The notes below the pieces were generated by a model, which was not told the origin of the DNA, did not search any database, and saw only the letters and a program-made list of their open reading frames with translations. The translations under genes were made by a program, and so were the position numbers. 64,000 nucleotides of DNA from Alphaproteobacteria bacterium (GTDB lineage Bacteria > Pseudomonadota > Alphaproteobacteria > GCA-2731375). The stretch is taken from contig CBDDBZ010000038.1 of the NCBI GenBank assembly GCA_965225945.1, positions 384,001-448,000 of the forward strand, given 5' to 3'. Positions 28,615-39,260 of this stretch are shown piece after piece; positions within the stretch are counted from its first letter, which is position 1; every line of letters begins with the position of its first letter.

Positions 28615-29774
28615 CCATCTCTTCCTTTCGTCTCTCGGCCGGCGAGAAAGGCCTTGAAGCGCCGCGCCACCTCCGGCGGCTTCACGGTGGGCCGGCCGAG
28701 CTTGGCGCGCGAGCCGGGTTGCACACGGACGTGCAGCAGGTGCGGCCCCGGCGTGGCCAAGGCCTCGGCGAGCGCCGCCTCGACGTCGCCCGCGTCGTCG
28801 ATCCGCGCCGCGCAGGCGTAGCCGCAGGCGATTGCCGCGGCGGCGAAGTCGACGCCCGGCGAGACGGTCGGCTGCCCGCCGGTCGAATCGTGGACGCCGT
28901 TGTCGAGCACCATGTGCACCAGGTTGGCCGGCGCCTCGGCGCCGATGGTGGCGAGCGTGCCGAGCTTCATCAGCATCGCGCCGTCACCGTCCAATACCAG
29001 CACCGGACCCTCGACGTTGCCGGCGACGCCGAGGCCCATGCCCGCCGCGCAGCCCATGGAGCCGACCTGATAGAGATGCTGCTCCCGGTCGGCGAGGGTG
29101 AAGAGTTCGCGTCCGCATTTTCCCGTCGTCGCGACGATTCCGACCTCGGGGCCGACGGTGGCCAGCACCCGCTCCAGCACCTCGATGCGTTTCGCCAAGG
29201 GGCGGCCGCCGCGCCGCAGGTCCCGCGCCCTGCCCGAGGGCGGCGGCGGGGCCGGCGTCGGGTCGAGGCCGCTATCTTCGACGCTGCCCTTGGCCATGAC
29301 GAAGGCGAAGGGCAGCTGGTCCGCCGCCATCCACGCGTACGCCTCGTCGAGTGCGGCCTCGATCTCGTCCGCGCTTGAGGGGAAGCTCCGGCGGCCGACC
29401 CGAATGGTGTCCAGCAGCGCGCCGGTGACCTCGCCCATAAGCTCGTGCTGCGGCTCGTCGCCGAGCCCCGGCTCGCCTCGCCAGGTGACGATCATCAGGG
29501 TCGGAATCCGGAACGGGTGGTTCAGGGAGGTCAGCGGATTGATTGCGTTGCCTAGCCCAGAGTTCTGGCACATGACCGTGGTCTCGCGGCCGGCCAGCCA
29601 GGCCCCAGCGGCGATCGCCACCGCCTCGCCCTCGCTTGCCGCGCCGACATAGCGGGTGGCGCCGTCGCCGATCACCCGGTTGATCATCGGCGTCAGGAAG
29701 GAGCAGGGGACGCCGGTGTAGAAATCGAGTCCGCGCCGGCCCGCGGCCGCCAGATATTCACCCGCCCGTATCAT
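28611..29774 (-). CDS. aepY: Phosphonopyruvate (or sulfopyruvate) decarboxylase, TPP-dependent
   Basis: FYTGVPCS, QNSGLGNAINPLTSL, DEPQHELMG, GSMG, DGDG...DNGVHDSTGGQ. Confidence 0.85.
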   Translation of the reverse strand: MIRAGEYLAAAGRRGLDFYTGVPCSFLTPMINRVIGDGATRYVGAASEGEAVAIAAGAWLAGRETTVMCQNSGLGNAINPLTSLNHPFRIPTLMIVTWRGEPGLGDEPQHELMGEVTGALLDTIRVGRRSFPSSADEIEAALDEAYAWMAADQLPFAFVMAKGSVEDSGLDPTPAPPPPSGRARDLRRGGRPLAKRIEVLERVLATVGPEVGIVATTGKCGRELFTLADREQHLYQVGSMGCAAGMGLGVAGNVEGPVLVLDGDGAMLMKLGTLATIGAEAPANLVHMVLDNGVHDSTGGQPTVSPGVDFAAAAIACGYACAARIDDAGDVEAALAEALATPGPHLLHVRVQPGSRAKLGRPTVKPPEVARRFKAFLAGRETKGRDG

Positions 29775-29901
29775 CCATCCCCACTCCCCGATCGCGCCCA
29801 GCGCCGCGCGCTTCCGCTTTATGCTAGCTTGGCGCCGGCTCGACAAGCCGTGGCCTTTCTGTTCAGTCGTCGTTCAGGTGAACCGATATAGAACTGCGCG
29901 C

Positions 29902-30252
29902 ATGAGACGAATGACGCTTCCGATCTGGCTGCTGCTCGCCCTGGTGCTCGCCGGCACGCAGCTCGCCTCCCTCGCCCAGGCTCAGCGTGGCTATTGGAAC
30001 CCGGGGGGTGGCAGCGGCACGCGGGGCGGCGACGAGGCCAGGGAGGCCGGCCGTTGCGGGGGCGCCATCGGCCTGGAGGCGGTGCTGCGCCGGGTGCGCC
30101 AGCGCTATCCCGGCCGCTTGCTCGACGCCGCTATGTCTTGCGGCCGGCGCGGCCCGATCTACATCCTGAAGATGCGTGGTTCCGACAATCGCATTCGAGT
30201 GATCCGGGCCGATGCCACCAACGGCCGCATCCTCTCCCAGAGCCGGCGCTGA
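29902..30252 (+). CDS. PepSY-domain secreted protein
   Basis: Signal peptide; YPGRLLDA...ADATNGRIL; precedes a two-component pair. Confidence 0.75.
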   Translation: MRRMTLPIWLLLALVLAGTQLASLAQAQRGYWNPGGGSGTRGGDEAREAGRCGGAIGLEAVLRRVRQRYPGRLLDAAMSCGRRGPIYILKMRGSDNRIRVIRADATNGRILSQSRR

Positions 30253-30271
30253 GGCGCGGGGGAGCCGGGGC

Positions 30272-30943
30272 ATGCGCCTGCTGGTCGTCGAGGATGATCC
30301 CGATCTCGCCCGTCAGCTTTCCGAGGCCCTGGGCGAGGCCGGCTACGTCGTCGACACGGCGCACGACGGCGAGGAAGGCCACTTCCTCGGCGACACCGAG
30401 CCCTATGACGCCGTCATCCTCGACCTCGGTCTGCCGACGCTCGACGGCTTGAGCGTGCTGGAACGCTGGCGCGAGGCCGGGCGCGACATGCCGGTCCTGG
30501 TGCTGACGGCGCGCGACCGGTGGCGGGAAAAGGTGGCCGGAATCGATGCCGGCGCCGACGACTACGTCGCCAAGCCGTTTCACATGGAGGAGGTGCTGGC
30601 GCGCATCCGCGCGCTGGTGCGCCGCGCCGCCGGCCTCGCCAGCAACGAGCTCGTCTGCGGGCCGCTCCAGATCGACACCCGGGGCGCCAAGGCCAGCATC
30701 GACGGCCGCTCGCTCTCGCTCACCGCGCTGGAATACCGCCTGCTCGCCTATCTCGCCCATCATCAGGGGCGCGTGGTCTCGCGGACGGAATTGATCGAAC
30801 ATCTCTACGACCAGAACTTCGATCGCGATTCGAACACCATCGAGGTCTTCGTCGGCCGGCTGCGCAAGAAGCTCGGGGTCGATCTGATCCATACCGCGCG
30901 CGGCCTCGGCTATAGGCTGTCCGAGCCGGAGGATGCGGACTAG
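30272..30943 (+). CDS. OmpR/PhoP (FeuP-like) response regulator
   Basis: LLVVEDD, ILDLGLP, GADDYVAKPF, SNTIEVFVGRLRKK. Confidence 0.93.
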   Translation: MRLLVVEDDPDLARQLSEALGEAGYVVDTAHDGEEGHFLGDTEPYDAVILDLGLPTLDGLSVLERWREAGRDMPVLVLTARDRWREKVAGIDAGADDYVAKPFHMEEVLARIRALVRRAAGLASNELVCGPLQIDTRGAKASIDGRSLSLTALEYRLLAYLAHHQGRVVSRTELIEHLYDQNFDRDSNTIEVFVGRLRKKLGVDLIHTARGLGYRLSEPEDAD

Positions 30944-32276
30944 CTCCCTCGCCTTCCGCCTGATCGCCGGCGCGGCGGTGTGGAGCATCGCCGCGCTCGT
31001 GATCGGCGGCGTCACCCTCTCCATGGTCTTCCGCGATCATGTCGAGCGGAGCCTCGACGGCCGCCTCGCCGTGCTGATCGACGGCCTGGCGGCCGGGGTC
31101 GAGATCGGCCCGGAAGGCCGCCCGGTCCTGCTCCGAGGGTTGGCCGAGACGCTGTTCGAGACGCCCTATTCCGGCTGGTATTGGCAAATCGGCGGGGCCG
31201 GGCCGAATAGGCTCAGGTCTCGCTCGCTCTGGGATCAGAGCTTGAACCCGGGGCCGGCGGTGAAACGCGAGGAGGGCTTGAGCCTTCATCTCGCGCGGGG
31301 CCCGGAGGACCAGTCGCTCCGGGTCGCCCGGCGCGAGATTCTGCTGCCGGAGGCCAGCGCGCCCCTCACCTTCGACGTCGCCGCCGACCTCGCCGACAAC
31401 CGGCGCGAGATCGAACGCTTCGATTCCGTGGTGCTCTGGGCCTTGGGCGTGATGGGCGTCGGCTTGGTGGTGGCGATGGTGATCCAGGTGCGCTTCGGAC
31501 TGAGGCCGCTCAGGCGCATCCGTCGTGCCCTGGTGCGCATCCGCGCCGGCCGCGAAAGCCGCCTCGACGACCACTTCCCGCGCGAGATCGCGCCCCTGGC
31601 GCGCGAGATCAACACGCTGCTCGACCACAACGCCGAGGTGGTGACGCGGGCTCGAACCCATGTCGGCAACCTCGCGCACGCCTTGAAGACTCCCTTGAGC
31701 GTGCTCGGCAACGAGGCAAGCGGCGAGGCCGGCCCGCTCGCCGAACAGGTGGGGCGGCAGACGGCGTTGATGCGCCGCCAGGTCGACCACCATCTGATGC
31801 GCGCCCGCGCCGCCGCCACCGCCGAAGTGCTGGGCGCCCGGACCGCCCTCGCGCCCGTGGCCGGCGACCTGGTCCGCGCGATCGAGCGCCTGCATCGTGC
31901 TTCCGAGATCCGGATCACGCTCGATTGCGCTTCCGATCTGGCCTTTCGCGGCGAGGCGCAGGATCTCGAGGAGATGATCGGCAATCTCCTGGAGAACGCC
32001 GCCAAATGGGCCGCCCACGAGATTCGCCTGAGCGCCCGGGCCGAGGCGGCGGTACTGGAAATCGACATCGACGACGACGGCCCCGGGCTCGAGGCCCACG
32101 CGATGGAGCAGGTCATGGCGCGGGGCGAACGGCTCGACGAATCGGTCTCCGGCTCCGGCCTGGGCCTTGCCATCGTCCGCGACCTGGCGGAGCTCTACGG
32201 CGGCGCCATCCGGTTGGAGCGTTCGGCGCTCGGCGGCCTCGGCGCGCGCCTTAGGCTGCCGGCGGTCGAGAACTGA
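30933..32276 (+). CDS. Sensor histidine kinase (PhoQ/FeuQ-like)
   Basis: Two TM helices, HAMP, LAHALKTPL, NLLENAAKW, DDDGPG, GSGLGLAI. Confidence 0.93.
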   Translation: MRTSSLAFRLIAGAAVWSIAALVIGGVTLSMVFRDHVERSLDGRLAVLIDGLAAGVEIGPEGRPVLLRGLAETLFETPYSGWYWQIGGAGPNRLRSRSLWDQSLNPGPAVKREEGLSLHLARGPEDQSLRVARREILLPEASAPLTFDVAADLADNRREIERFDSVVLWALGVMGVGLVVAMVIQVRFGLRPLRRIRRALVRIRAGRESRLDDHFPREIAPLAREINTLLDHNAEVVTRARTHVGNLAHALKTPLSVLGNEASGEAGPLAEQVGRQTALMRRQVDHHLMRARAAATAEVLGARTALAPVAGDLVRAIERLHRASEIRITLDCASDLAFRGEAQDLEEMIGNLLENAAKWAAHEIRLSARAEAAVLEIDIDDDGPGLEAHAMEQVMARGERLDESVSGSGLGLAIVRDLAELYGGAIRLERSALGGLGARLRLPAVEN

Positions 32277-32304
32277 CGCTCGTTCGGCTATTCTGCGCCA
32301 CGAC

Positions 32305-33057
32305 ATGAGGGACGGCGAAAACCACGCGCGGGACACGGTCTCGTTCGGCTTCGCCGAGGTCGCGGCCTCGGAGAAGACCGGCTTGGTGCGCGGCGTCTTC
32401 GATTCCGTCGCCGCGCGTTACGATCTTATGAACGACGCGATGTCGCTCGGCGCCCACAGAATTTGGAAGCGGGCCCTGATCGACTGGCTGCGGCCCCGGA
32501 GCGAGACTCGGCTGCTCGATCTCGCCGGCGGTACCGGCGACGTGGCCAGACGGTTCCTCGCGGCCGGCGGCGGCGAGGTCGTGGTGGCGGATATCAACGA
32601 AGCGATGCTCGCTGCCGGGCGAAAGCGAGGCCGAGGTGCCGGCGACCGGCTTCGCCGGGTCGCGAGCGACGCCGAGCGTCTGCCCTTCGCGGATCATGCC
32701 TTCGATGCCGTGACCATCGCCTTCGGCATCCGCAACTGCACGGATATCTCCACCGTGCTCGAGGAGGCCCGCCGAGTGCTCCGCCCGGGAGGGCGCTTTC
32801 TCTGCCTGGAGTTCTCCCGCGTGGCGCTGCCGGGGTTGGAGCGGCTCTACGACGCTTACTCGTTCCGCGTCGTTCCCCGGATGGGCGCGCTGCTGACCGG
32901 GGACCCTGAGGCCTATGTCTATCTCGTCGAGAGTATCCGCCGCTTCCCCGACCAGCGCCGCTTCGTCGCCATGATCGAGGATGCGGGCCTCGCCCGCGTC
33001 GAATACCGCGACCTTTCGGGCGGCATCGTCGCCATGCATTCCGCCTGGAAAATCTGA
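32305..33057 (+). CDS. ubiE: UbiE/MenG C-methyltransferase
   Basis: VFDSVAARYDLMNDAMSLG, DLAGGTGD, YLVESIRRFP. Confidence 0.92.
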   Translation: MRDGENHARDTVSFGFAEVAASEKTGLVRGVFDSVAARYDLMNDAMSLGAHRIWKRALIDWLRPRSETRLLDLAGGTGDVARRFLAAGGGEVVVADINEAMLAAGRKRGRGAGDRLRRVASDAERLPFADHAFDAVTIAFGIRNCTDISTVLEEARRVLRPGGRFLCLEFSRVALPGLERLYDAYSFRVVPRMGALLTGDPEAYVYLVESIRRFPDQRRFVAMIEDAGLARVEYRDLSGGIVAMHSAWKI

Positions 33058-33118
33058 CAGCGCGAACGCTGCCCGTTTCGACTAAACTCCGCCCTCGAAA
33101 CAGAGGCGGGAGGACGCG

Positions 33119-33466
33119 GTGAAAATCTATCGTGGCAAGCGCGACGGCGACGGGACCGAGGTCACGGTCGACGGCGAACCCCTGAATTCGCGCCGCGACC
33201 TCAGGGACCTTCACGCCGAGAGCTTCGAATGGGGCTACCAGGGCAGCGGGCCACAACAACTCGCCTTCGCCATCCTGGTCGAACACATGGGCCCGGAGGG
33301 CGCGTTGGAGAACTATCGCCGCTTCACCGCCGACGTCATCGCCGAGATCGGGGGCGCCGAATGGCGCTTGACCGAGCAGGAAATCGCCGATCGATTGAGC
33401 CACGAAATCGTCAACGTGCCGATGGACCTGGAGACGCTGATGAAGAAAGTCCGGGGCGAGATCTGA
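33119..33466 (+). CDS. DUF6166-like hypothetical protein
   Basis: FEWGYQGSGPQQLAFAIL motif. Confidence 0.65.
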   Translation: MKIYRGKRDGDGTEVTVDGEPLNSRRDLRDLHAESFEWGYQGSGPQQLAFAILVEHMGPEGALENYRRFTADVIAEIGGAEWRLTEQEIADRLSHEIVNVPMDLETLMKKVRGEI

Positions 33467-33482
33467 GAGGGGCGAGAGCGAC

Positions 33483-35117
33483 GTGGCGCCGAGCACGTTC
33501 GGCGGCCTGATCGCCGCCCAGGCCGCCACCCGGGGGGCTGCGGTGGCGGTGCACTACGAGGGCCGCACCATCAGCTTCGCCGAGCTCGACGACATGGCGC
33601 GCCGGGCGGCGGCGGCGCTCCGCGCTTTCAGCATCGGCGAGGGCGACCGGGTGGCGCTCTGGCTGCCGAATTCGCCGGCCTATCTCGCGCTCTGGATCGG
33701 AATAGCCCGGCTCGGCGCCATCACCGTGGCGATCAACACGCGCTTTCGCGGCGTCGAGGTGGCGGACATTCTGGAACGCTCCGGCGCACGGGTCCTCGCC
33801 ATGTGGCCTGCCTTCCGGGCGATCGACTTTCTCTCGATCCTGGGCGAGATCGACCCGGCGGCGCTCGACCGGCTGGAGCGGTTGATCATTTACGACGAAG
33901 GCGAGACCGCGCCCGAGGTGCCGCGCGCCCTCGCCGCGCTGCCGCGCCATGGCTTCGCCGAGTTGATGCGGAGCGCGCCGCTGATGGTCGACGAGGCGCG
34001 ACCGGAGATGGGCGTCAACATCTTCACCACCTCCGGCACCACGGCCGAGCCCAAGCTGGTGCTGCACGACCACCGGGGCCTGACCCGCCACGCCATCGAA
34101 GTCGCGCGCGGCTTCGGCTACGCGGGCGCCGAGGGCGCGATGCTGGCGGTGATGCCGCTTTGTGGCGTCTTCGGCTTCAACATGGCGACGGCCAGCCTCG
34201 CCGCCGGGATTCCGATGGTGTTATTGAACGCCTTCGACGCGGAGCGGGCGGTGGATCTGATGCGCCGCCACGACGTCCGCCACATGCATGGCACCGACGA
34301 TATGATCGACGCCATCCTGCGGGCCTGTCCGCACGACGGCCTGCTGGAACGAATCGAAGGCGTCGGCTTCGCCATATTCAACGCCGAGCTGGCGGACATC
34401 GTCGAGCGCTCGGAGGCGCGCGGCCTGCGGCTGGTCGGGCTTTATGGCATGAGCGAGGTGCAGGCGCTGTTCGCGCGCCAGGATCCGGCGGCGCCGATGC
34501 CGGAACGCCGGCTCGGCGGTGGCTACCTGACCTCGCCCGAGGCGCGCGCCCGGGCCCGCGATCCCGCCAGCGGCGAAGTGTTGCCGCATGGCCGACAAGG
34601 CGAGCTGGAGCTGGCGGGGCCGAGCCTGATGGCGGGCTACTTCGCCGATTGCGAGGCGACGGCCCGGGCGGTGACCGAGGACGGCTTCATGCGCACCGGC
34701 GATCTTGGCTACACCACCGCCGACAATCATTTCGTCTACGTTTCGCGAATCGGCGACGTGCTGCGGCTCGGCGGCTTCCTGGTGTCGCCGGCGGAGATCG
34801 AGAGCCATCTACGGAGCCATCATAGCGTCGCGGGCGCGCAGGTCGTGGGCGCCGACACCGGGCGCGGCATCCGCCCGGTCGGCTTCGTCATGGTCGAGCC
34901 CGGCGCGGGGTTCGACGAGGCGGCGCTGATCGAACATTGCCGGGCCGCTCTGGCGCGCTTCAAGGTGCCGATCCGGATCGCGGCTCTCGAGGCGTTCCCG
35001 ACCACCAAGAGCGCCAACGGCTTCAAGATCCAACGGGTCCGGCTGCGTGACATGGCAGGCGAGCTGGTGGCCGAGGGGGCGCGGGCGCCGAGTGGCCCCT
35101 CGAGGCGGTTGGTATGA
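33483..35117 (+). CDS. AMP-binding acyl-CoA ligase
   Basis: FTTSGTTAEPK, LYGMSE, MRTGDLG, FKVP. Confidence 0.9.
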   Translation: MAPSTFGGLIAAQAATRGAAVAVHYEGRTISFAELDDMARRAAAALRAFSIGEGDRVALWLPNSPAYLALWIGIARLGAITVAINTRFRGVEVADILERSGARVLAMWPAFRAIDFLSILGEIDPAALDRLERLIIYDEGETAPEVPRALAALPRHGFAELMRSAPLMVDEARPEMGVNIFTTSGTTAEPKLVLHDHRGLTRHAIEVARGFGYAGAEGAMLAVMPLCGVFGFNMATASLAAGIPMVLLNAFDAERAVDLMRRHDVRHMHGTDDMIDAILRACPHDGLLERIEGVGFAIFNAELADIVERSEARGLRLVGLYGMSEVQALFARQDPAAPMPERRLGGGYLTSPEARARARDPASGEVLPHGRQGELELAGPSLMAGYFADCEATARAVTEDGFMRTGDLGYTTADNHFVYVSRIGDVLRLGGFLVSPAEIESHLRSHHSVAGAQVVGADTGRGIRPVGFVMVEPGAGFDEAALIEHCRAALARFKVPIRIAALEAFPTTKSANGFKIQRVRLRDMAGELVAEGARAPSGPSRRLV

Positions 35118-35151
35118 TACCGATCGTGCCGGCGGACACCGGGGCGGAGGC

Positions 35152-35895
35152 ATGACGTTGCCGCGGCGACGCGCCGTCCTCGTCGGCGCGCTCGGGGCCG
35201 GGGTGGCGCTGATCGGGGCGCGCGAGCCGCTGGCTCGGCTCGGCCGTGCCCGGCCGTTGAACGACGCCGATCTCCTGCGTTTCGTCGAACTGATGGCGCT
35301 GAGCCGCGAGGGCGGTAACGGTGTCCGCCGCCCGGGCTGGGTCCGGCGCTGGACCCGAGGGATCGAGGTCGGTCTCGCGGGCGAGGGCTGGAAGGCGCAT
35401 CTCGACGAGCTCGACGGCATGCTCGCGACGCTCGGACGCTGGACCGGGCTTCCCGTCGCCCGCCGATCGCCGGATGGCCGGCGGCGCGGATACCTGACCA
35501 TCCGCCTCCTTGCGCATGGCGAGGTGGCGGCCCACCACGGTGCCGGCGGAGCGGTCTGTTCCACTTGGACCTTCGGCGACGGCGGTCGCCTGCACACCGC
35601 GCACATGGACGTCAGCGACCGCTTCACCGACTGTTTGGCGCACGAGTTCATGCACGTGCTCGGGATCGACAACCATTGGAGCGGGCCCGATGCCTCGACC
35701 GATATTCCCAGCGTACTGGCGCCGCGCGGCGGCCGCGGGCGCACGATCCAGTTCTCCGACTGGGACGAGATGGCGATCCGCCTGCTCTACCACCCCGACA
35801 TCCGGCCGGGCATGAGCCGGGACCAGGCGCTATCGGCCATGAAGCGTTTACTTGTGGCGAACGCCGTCGCCCGGCCGTTGGGCCGGCCCACCTGA
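35152..35895 (+). CDS. DUF2927-like exported protein with zinc-metallopeptidase motif
   Basis: Tat-like RRRAVL signal; HEFMHVLGIDNH; IRLLYHPDIRPGM. Confidence 0.65.
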   Translation: MTLPRRRAVLVGALGAGVALIGAREPLARLGRARPLNDADLLRFVELMALSREGGNGVRRPGWVRRWTRGIEVGLAGEGWKAHLDELDGMLATLGRWTGLPVARRSPDGRRRGYLTIRLLAHGEVAAHHGAGGAVCSTWTFGDGGRLHTAHMDVSDRFTDCLAHEFMHVLGIDNHWSGPDASTDIPSVLAPRGGRGRTIQFSDWDEMAIRLLYHPDIRPGMSRDQALSAMKRLLVANAVARPLGRPT

Positions 35896-35931
35896 GGGTG
35901 GTCGGCGCCGAATACGACCGTCCGCGTGCGG

Positions 35932-36854
35932 TCAGGCGCGAATGGCGTGGATGCGATAGAAGCCGAGGTCGCCGGCCTCGAGCGCCGCCAGGCGGCGGGC
36001 CCAGAACTCGATCTCGCGCATCACCCAGGCGCGAAGCTCGGGCGACACCTCCCGTTCCTCGGCGCCGTCCAGGAAGTCGCGCAGCGCGCGGCGCGCCAGT
36101 CCGGCGTAGTCTTCGACCTTGTCTTCGGCGATGCGGACGTCGAGATTCAACCCCTCGAGTCGCGCGATCAGGTCCTCGAGGGTGCCCGGCGCCTCGGCCG
36201 TCGCCTCGCGGGCGACCCAGGCCTCGATCTCCGGCCCGGCCGCGCCCTCCGCCGTCAGCGCGAAGTCGGTCAGCACCATCTCGCCCGTCGGCTTCAGCAC
36301 CCGGTCCATTCGCGCCAACACTTCGCCCTTGTCCGGGAAGCCCTGCAGTCCGCTGAACGAGAGCACCACGTCGCACGACTGGTCGCGAACCCCGACGTCC
36401 CCGAGATCGCCGGCCCTGACCGCCGCCTTCTTGGCGAGACCGGCCTTCGTGGAGTGCTCGGCGGCGGCGGCGGCCAGCACCGGGTCGGGCTCCACCGCCT
36501 GGACCCAGGCGCCGGTGATCCGCGCGACGGCGCGAGCCGAGGCGCCGATGCCGGCGGGGAATTCCAGCACGCTCATCTTATCGTTCATGCCGAGAGGACG
36601 GATCATTTCGTCGATGAAATCGATGCCGATCGGATCGATCTGGCCATCACCGAAGATCAGCTCGGCGGCATGGAGCCGTTCCGGTGCCCAGCTGTGATCT
36701 CGGGGGGCGGGCGCGCGTCGGTGGTCGGGGGCGCCGCGACGGCGTCTCGATCGACCGGGCTTTTGGCGATCTCATAGCCGTCCCACCAAGCCCGGAAGCG
36801 CGTGCGCAGCAGTGGCTTGGTGGGTGCGGCGGTCTTGGTCTTGGCCAGGGCCAT
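35932..36854 (-). pseudogene. SAM-dependent methyltransferase, frameshifted at about 36690-36775
   Basis: N-terminal MALAK...RAWWDGYE is in one frame; WAPERLHAAELIFGDGQIDP...VLEF.AGIG...RVLKPTG is in another; C runs lie at the junction. Confidence 0.7.
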
Positions 36855-36974
36855 GGTATCTTTCCGGATGGCGGGTAGCCTATGATCCTCACCAGGATGC
36901 GCCCAAAAGCCTTAATCTCTAGTAAAGCACGACGCGCCATCCCACTGACCAGCCCCTTCGACGGAGCCGCGTGA

Positions 36975-37546
36975 ATGACCCCCAAATTCGTCGTCCTCGC
37001 CGCCGTCCTCGCCACGGCGCTCGGACTTCTCCAGCCGGCGCCCGGGCGGCCGAGCAGGAAGAGCAGACCTTCGACCAGAACGAGATCCTGAGGGAAGCCG
37101 GAAACGTCCTCGGCGGCACTACCAAGGCTCTGGCCGACATTGTCGAGAAGGTCTTCGCCGAGCACGGCCGGCCCAACGCCTATATCGCCGGCGAGGAGAT
37201 CAGCGGCGCCATCGGCGTCGGCCTGCGCTATGGCAACGGGCGGCTCAGGCGCAAGGGCGGCGGCTCCCGCAAGGTCTATTGGCAGGGACCCTCGATCGGC
37301 TTCGATTTCGGCGCCAACGCCTCCAAGGTCTTCACCCTGATTTATCACCTCGGGAGCGATTCGGCGCTGTTCCAGCGCTATCCGGGCGTCGAGGGCAGCT
37401 TCTATTTCGTCGCCGGTCTCGGCCTCAACTACCAGCAGAGCGGCGAGGTGATTCTGGCGCCGATCCGCACCGGGGTGGGCCTGCGCGCCGGCGCCAACGT
37501 CGGCTACTTGCACTACGGCCGCAAGCACTCCTGGCTGCCGTTCTGA
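36975..37546 (+). CDS. EipA/DUF1134 envelope protein; signal peptide apparently frameshifted near 37040
   Basis: PNAYIAGEE, GLRYG.G, YWQGPSIGFDFG, PIRTGVGLRAGAN; ATG 36975 gives MTPKFVVLAAVLATALGLL in a different frame. Confidence 0.8.
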
Positions 37547-37555
37547 AGCGGACCC

Positions 37556-39055
37556 TCAAGCCGGGCGCGTCTTCGGCATCCGCACCAAGAGCAGCAGCGG
37601 GAGCGCCGCGAAGCCGGTGAAGGCGATCAGGTAGAAGGCGTTGATGTAGCCAATCATCGTCGCTTGGCGCGCCGTCTCGCCGCTGATCGCAGCCAGCCCT
37701 TCGACGCTGGTGATATCCCAGGCGCCGACCACCCAGGAATAGCGCAAGCTTTCCTTGAAGGGGCTCAACTGCTCGACCAGGGTCGCGTAGTTGGCCTGCG
37801 ACGAGCGGATCACCAGGGCGACGCAGATCGAGATGTAGATGCTGGCGCCGATGTTCCGCAAAAGGTGGAAGATCGCCGTGCCCTCCGGCAAATAGCGCGG
37901 GTTCAAGGTCGCGAAGGTGATCACCGTCAGCGGCACCCAGGTCATGCCGACGCCGAAGCCCTGCAAGGTGCTGGTCCAGGCGACGTCGAAGATGGTGAGG
38001 TTGATGTCGAGTTGCGCCACCGCCAGGCTGGAGAGGCCTTGCGCGCCGAAGCCGACGGCGAGCGCCAGTCTGGGATCGAAGCGGGTCAGATAGACGGCGA
38101 GGAAGAAGCTCAACAAGTTGCCCATGCCGCGCGTCGCCAGCAGCCAGCCGATCACCGAGTCGGGAAAGCCCCTGAGGTCCTGCAACAACACCGGAAACAG
38201 CACCATCGGCGTGAAGTTGAGCATCCCGAAGACGAAGACCATCGCCATGCCGATGGCGAAGTTGCGATCGAGCAGGAGGCGGGGATTGAGGAACGGCTTG
38301 TCGGATGACAGGCTGTGCAGGGCGAAGAGGTAGAAGGCGATCACCGCGATCGCGCCCTCGAGCAGGATTTCGGCCGATTCGAACCAGTCCAGCCGCCCGC
38401 CGCGATCGAGCATCATCTGAAACGCGGTGATCGCGACGGCGAGAGTGAGGAAGCCGGTCCAATCGAGGCGGCTCACCCGGTCGTTCTTGCTCTCCCGGAT
38501 CGTCAGCACGGCGCCGATATAGGCCAGCGCGCCGACCGGGCCGAGCATGTAGAAGACCCAACGCCAGCTCGACGCCTCGGCGACATAGCCACCGACCGTC
38601 GGCCCGATGATCGGCCCGATGACGACGCCGACGCCCCAGAGCGCGGTTACCAAGGCGTGCTGTCGGCGGGGAAAGGTGTCGAGGATGATCGCCTGACTCA
38701 AGGGCACCAGCGGCGCGCCGAACAGGCCCTGCGCCACCCGATAGACCACCAGGACCTCCAGGTTGGGCGCCGTGCCGCAGGCGATCGAGGCGAGGGTGAA
38801 GCCGAGGATCGACCCGAGCATCAGGCGTCGACGGCCGAAGCGGCCGGTGAGCCAGCCGGTCATCGGCGTCGCCACCGCCGTCGCCACCAGGTTGAAGGTG
38901 ACCACCCAGGCGATCTGATCCTGCGTCGCCGAGAGCGAGCCCTGCATCTGCGGCAGCACGACGTTGGCGATCGTCACCGTCGTGGCATAGAGCATGGTGG
39001 CGCCCGATGCCGTGATCAGGATCGCGATGCGGCGAAAGGCGCTGCTCTCTTCCAC
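37556..39055 (-). CDS. DHA2 family MFS efflux permease (EmrB-like)
   Basis: TIANVVLPQMQGSL, GWLTGRFGRRR, GPIIGPTVGG, WRWVFY; many TM helices. Confidence 0.92.
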   Translation of the reverse strand: MEESSAFRRIAILITASGATMLYATTVTIANVVLPQMQGSLSATQDQIAWVVTFNLVATAVATPMTGWLTGRFGRRRLMLGSILGFTLASIACGTAPNLEVLVVYRVAQGLFGAPLVPLSQAIILDTFPRRQHALVTALWGVGVVIGPIIGPTVGGYVAEASSWRWVFYMLGPVGALAYIGAVLTIRESKNDRVSRLDWTGFLTLAVAITAFQMMLDRGGRLDWFESAEILLEGAIAVIAFYLFALHSLSSDKPFLNPRLLLDRNFAIGMAMVFVFGMLNFTPMVLFPVLLQDLRGFPDSVIGWLLATRGMGNLLSFFLAVYLTRFDPRLALAVGFGAQGLSSLAVAQLDINLTIFDVAWTSTLQGFGVGMTWVPLTVITFATLNPRYLPEGTAIFHLLRNIGASIYISICVALVIRSSQANYATLVEQLSPFKESLRYSWVVGAWDITSVEGLAAISGETARQATMIGYINAFYLIAFTGFAALPLLLLVRMPKTRPA

Positions 39056-39260
39056 GCTGGCGACTGGCTCCCACCGGGCGATCCCGGGCGCCCGGAAGGG
39101 CCAATCTAGCCGCTTCCCACCGCGCTGTATCGCCTTGCCGCCCCCGGGGCCGCCGCCTTGCCGCCGCCGGGCGATTCCGTGGATGGGGATAATGCGTTAG
39201 GATTTCGGCGGCGGGAGACGGCTATCCTCGGGGCGGCGCGGAAAGTATGGCCGAATTGGC

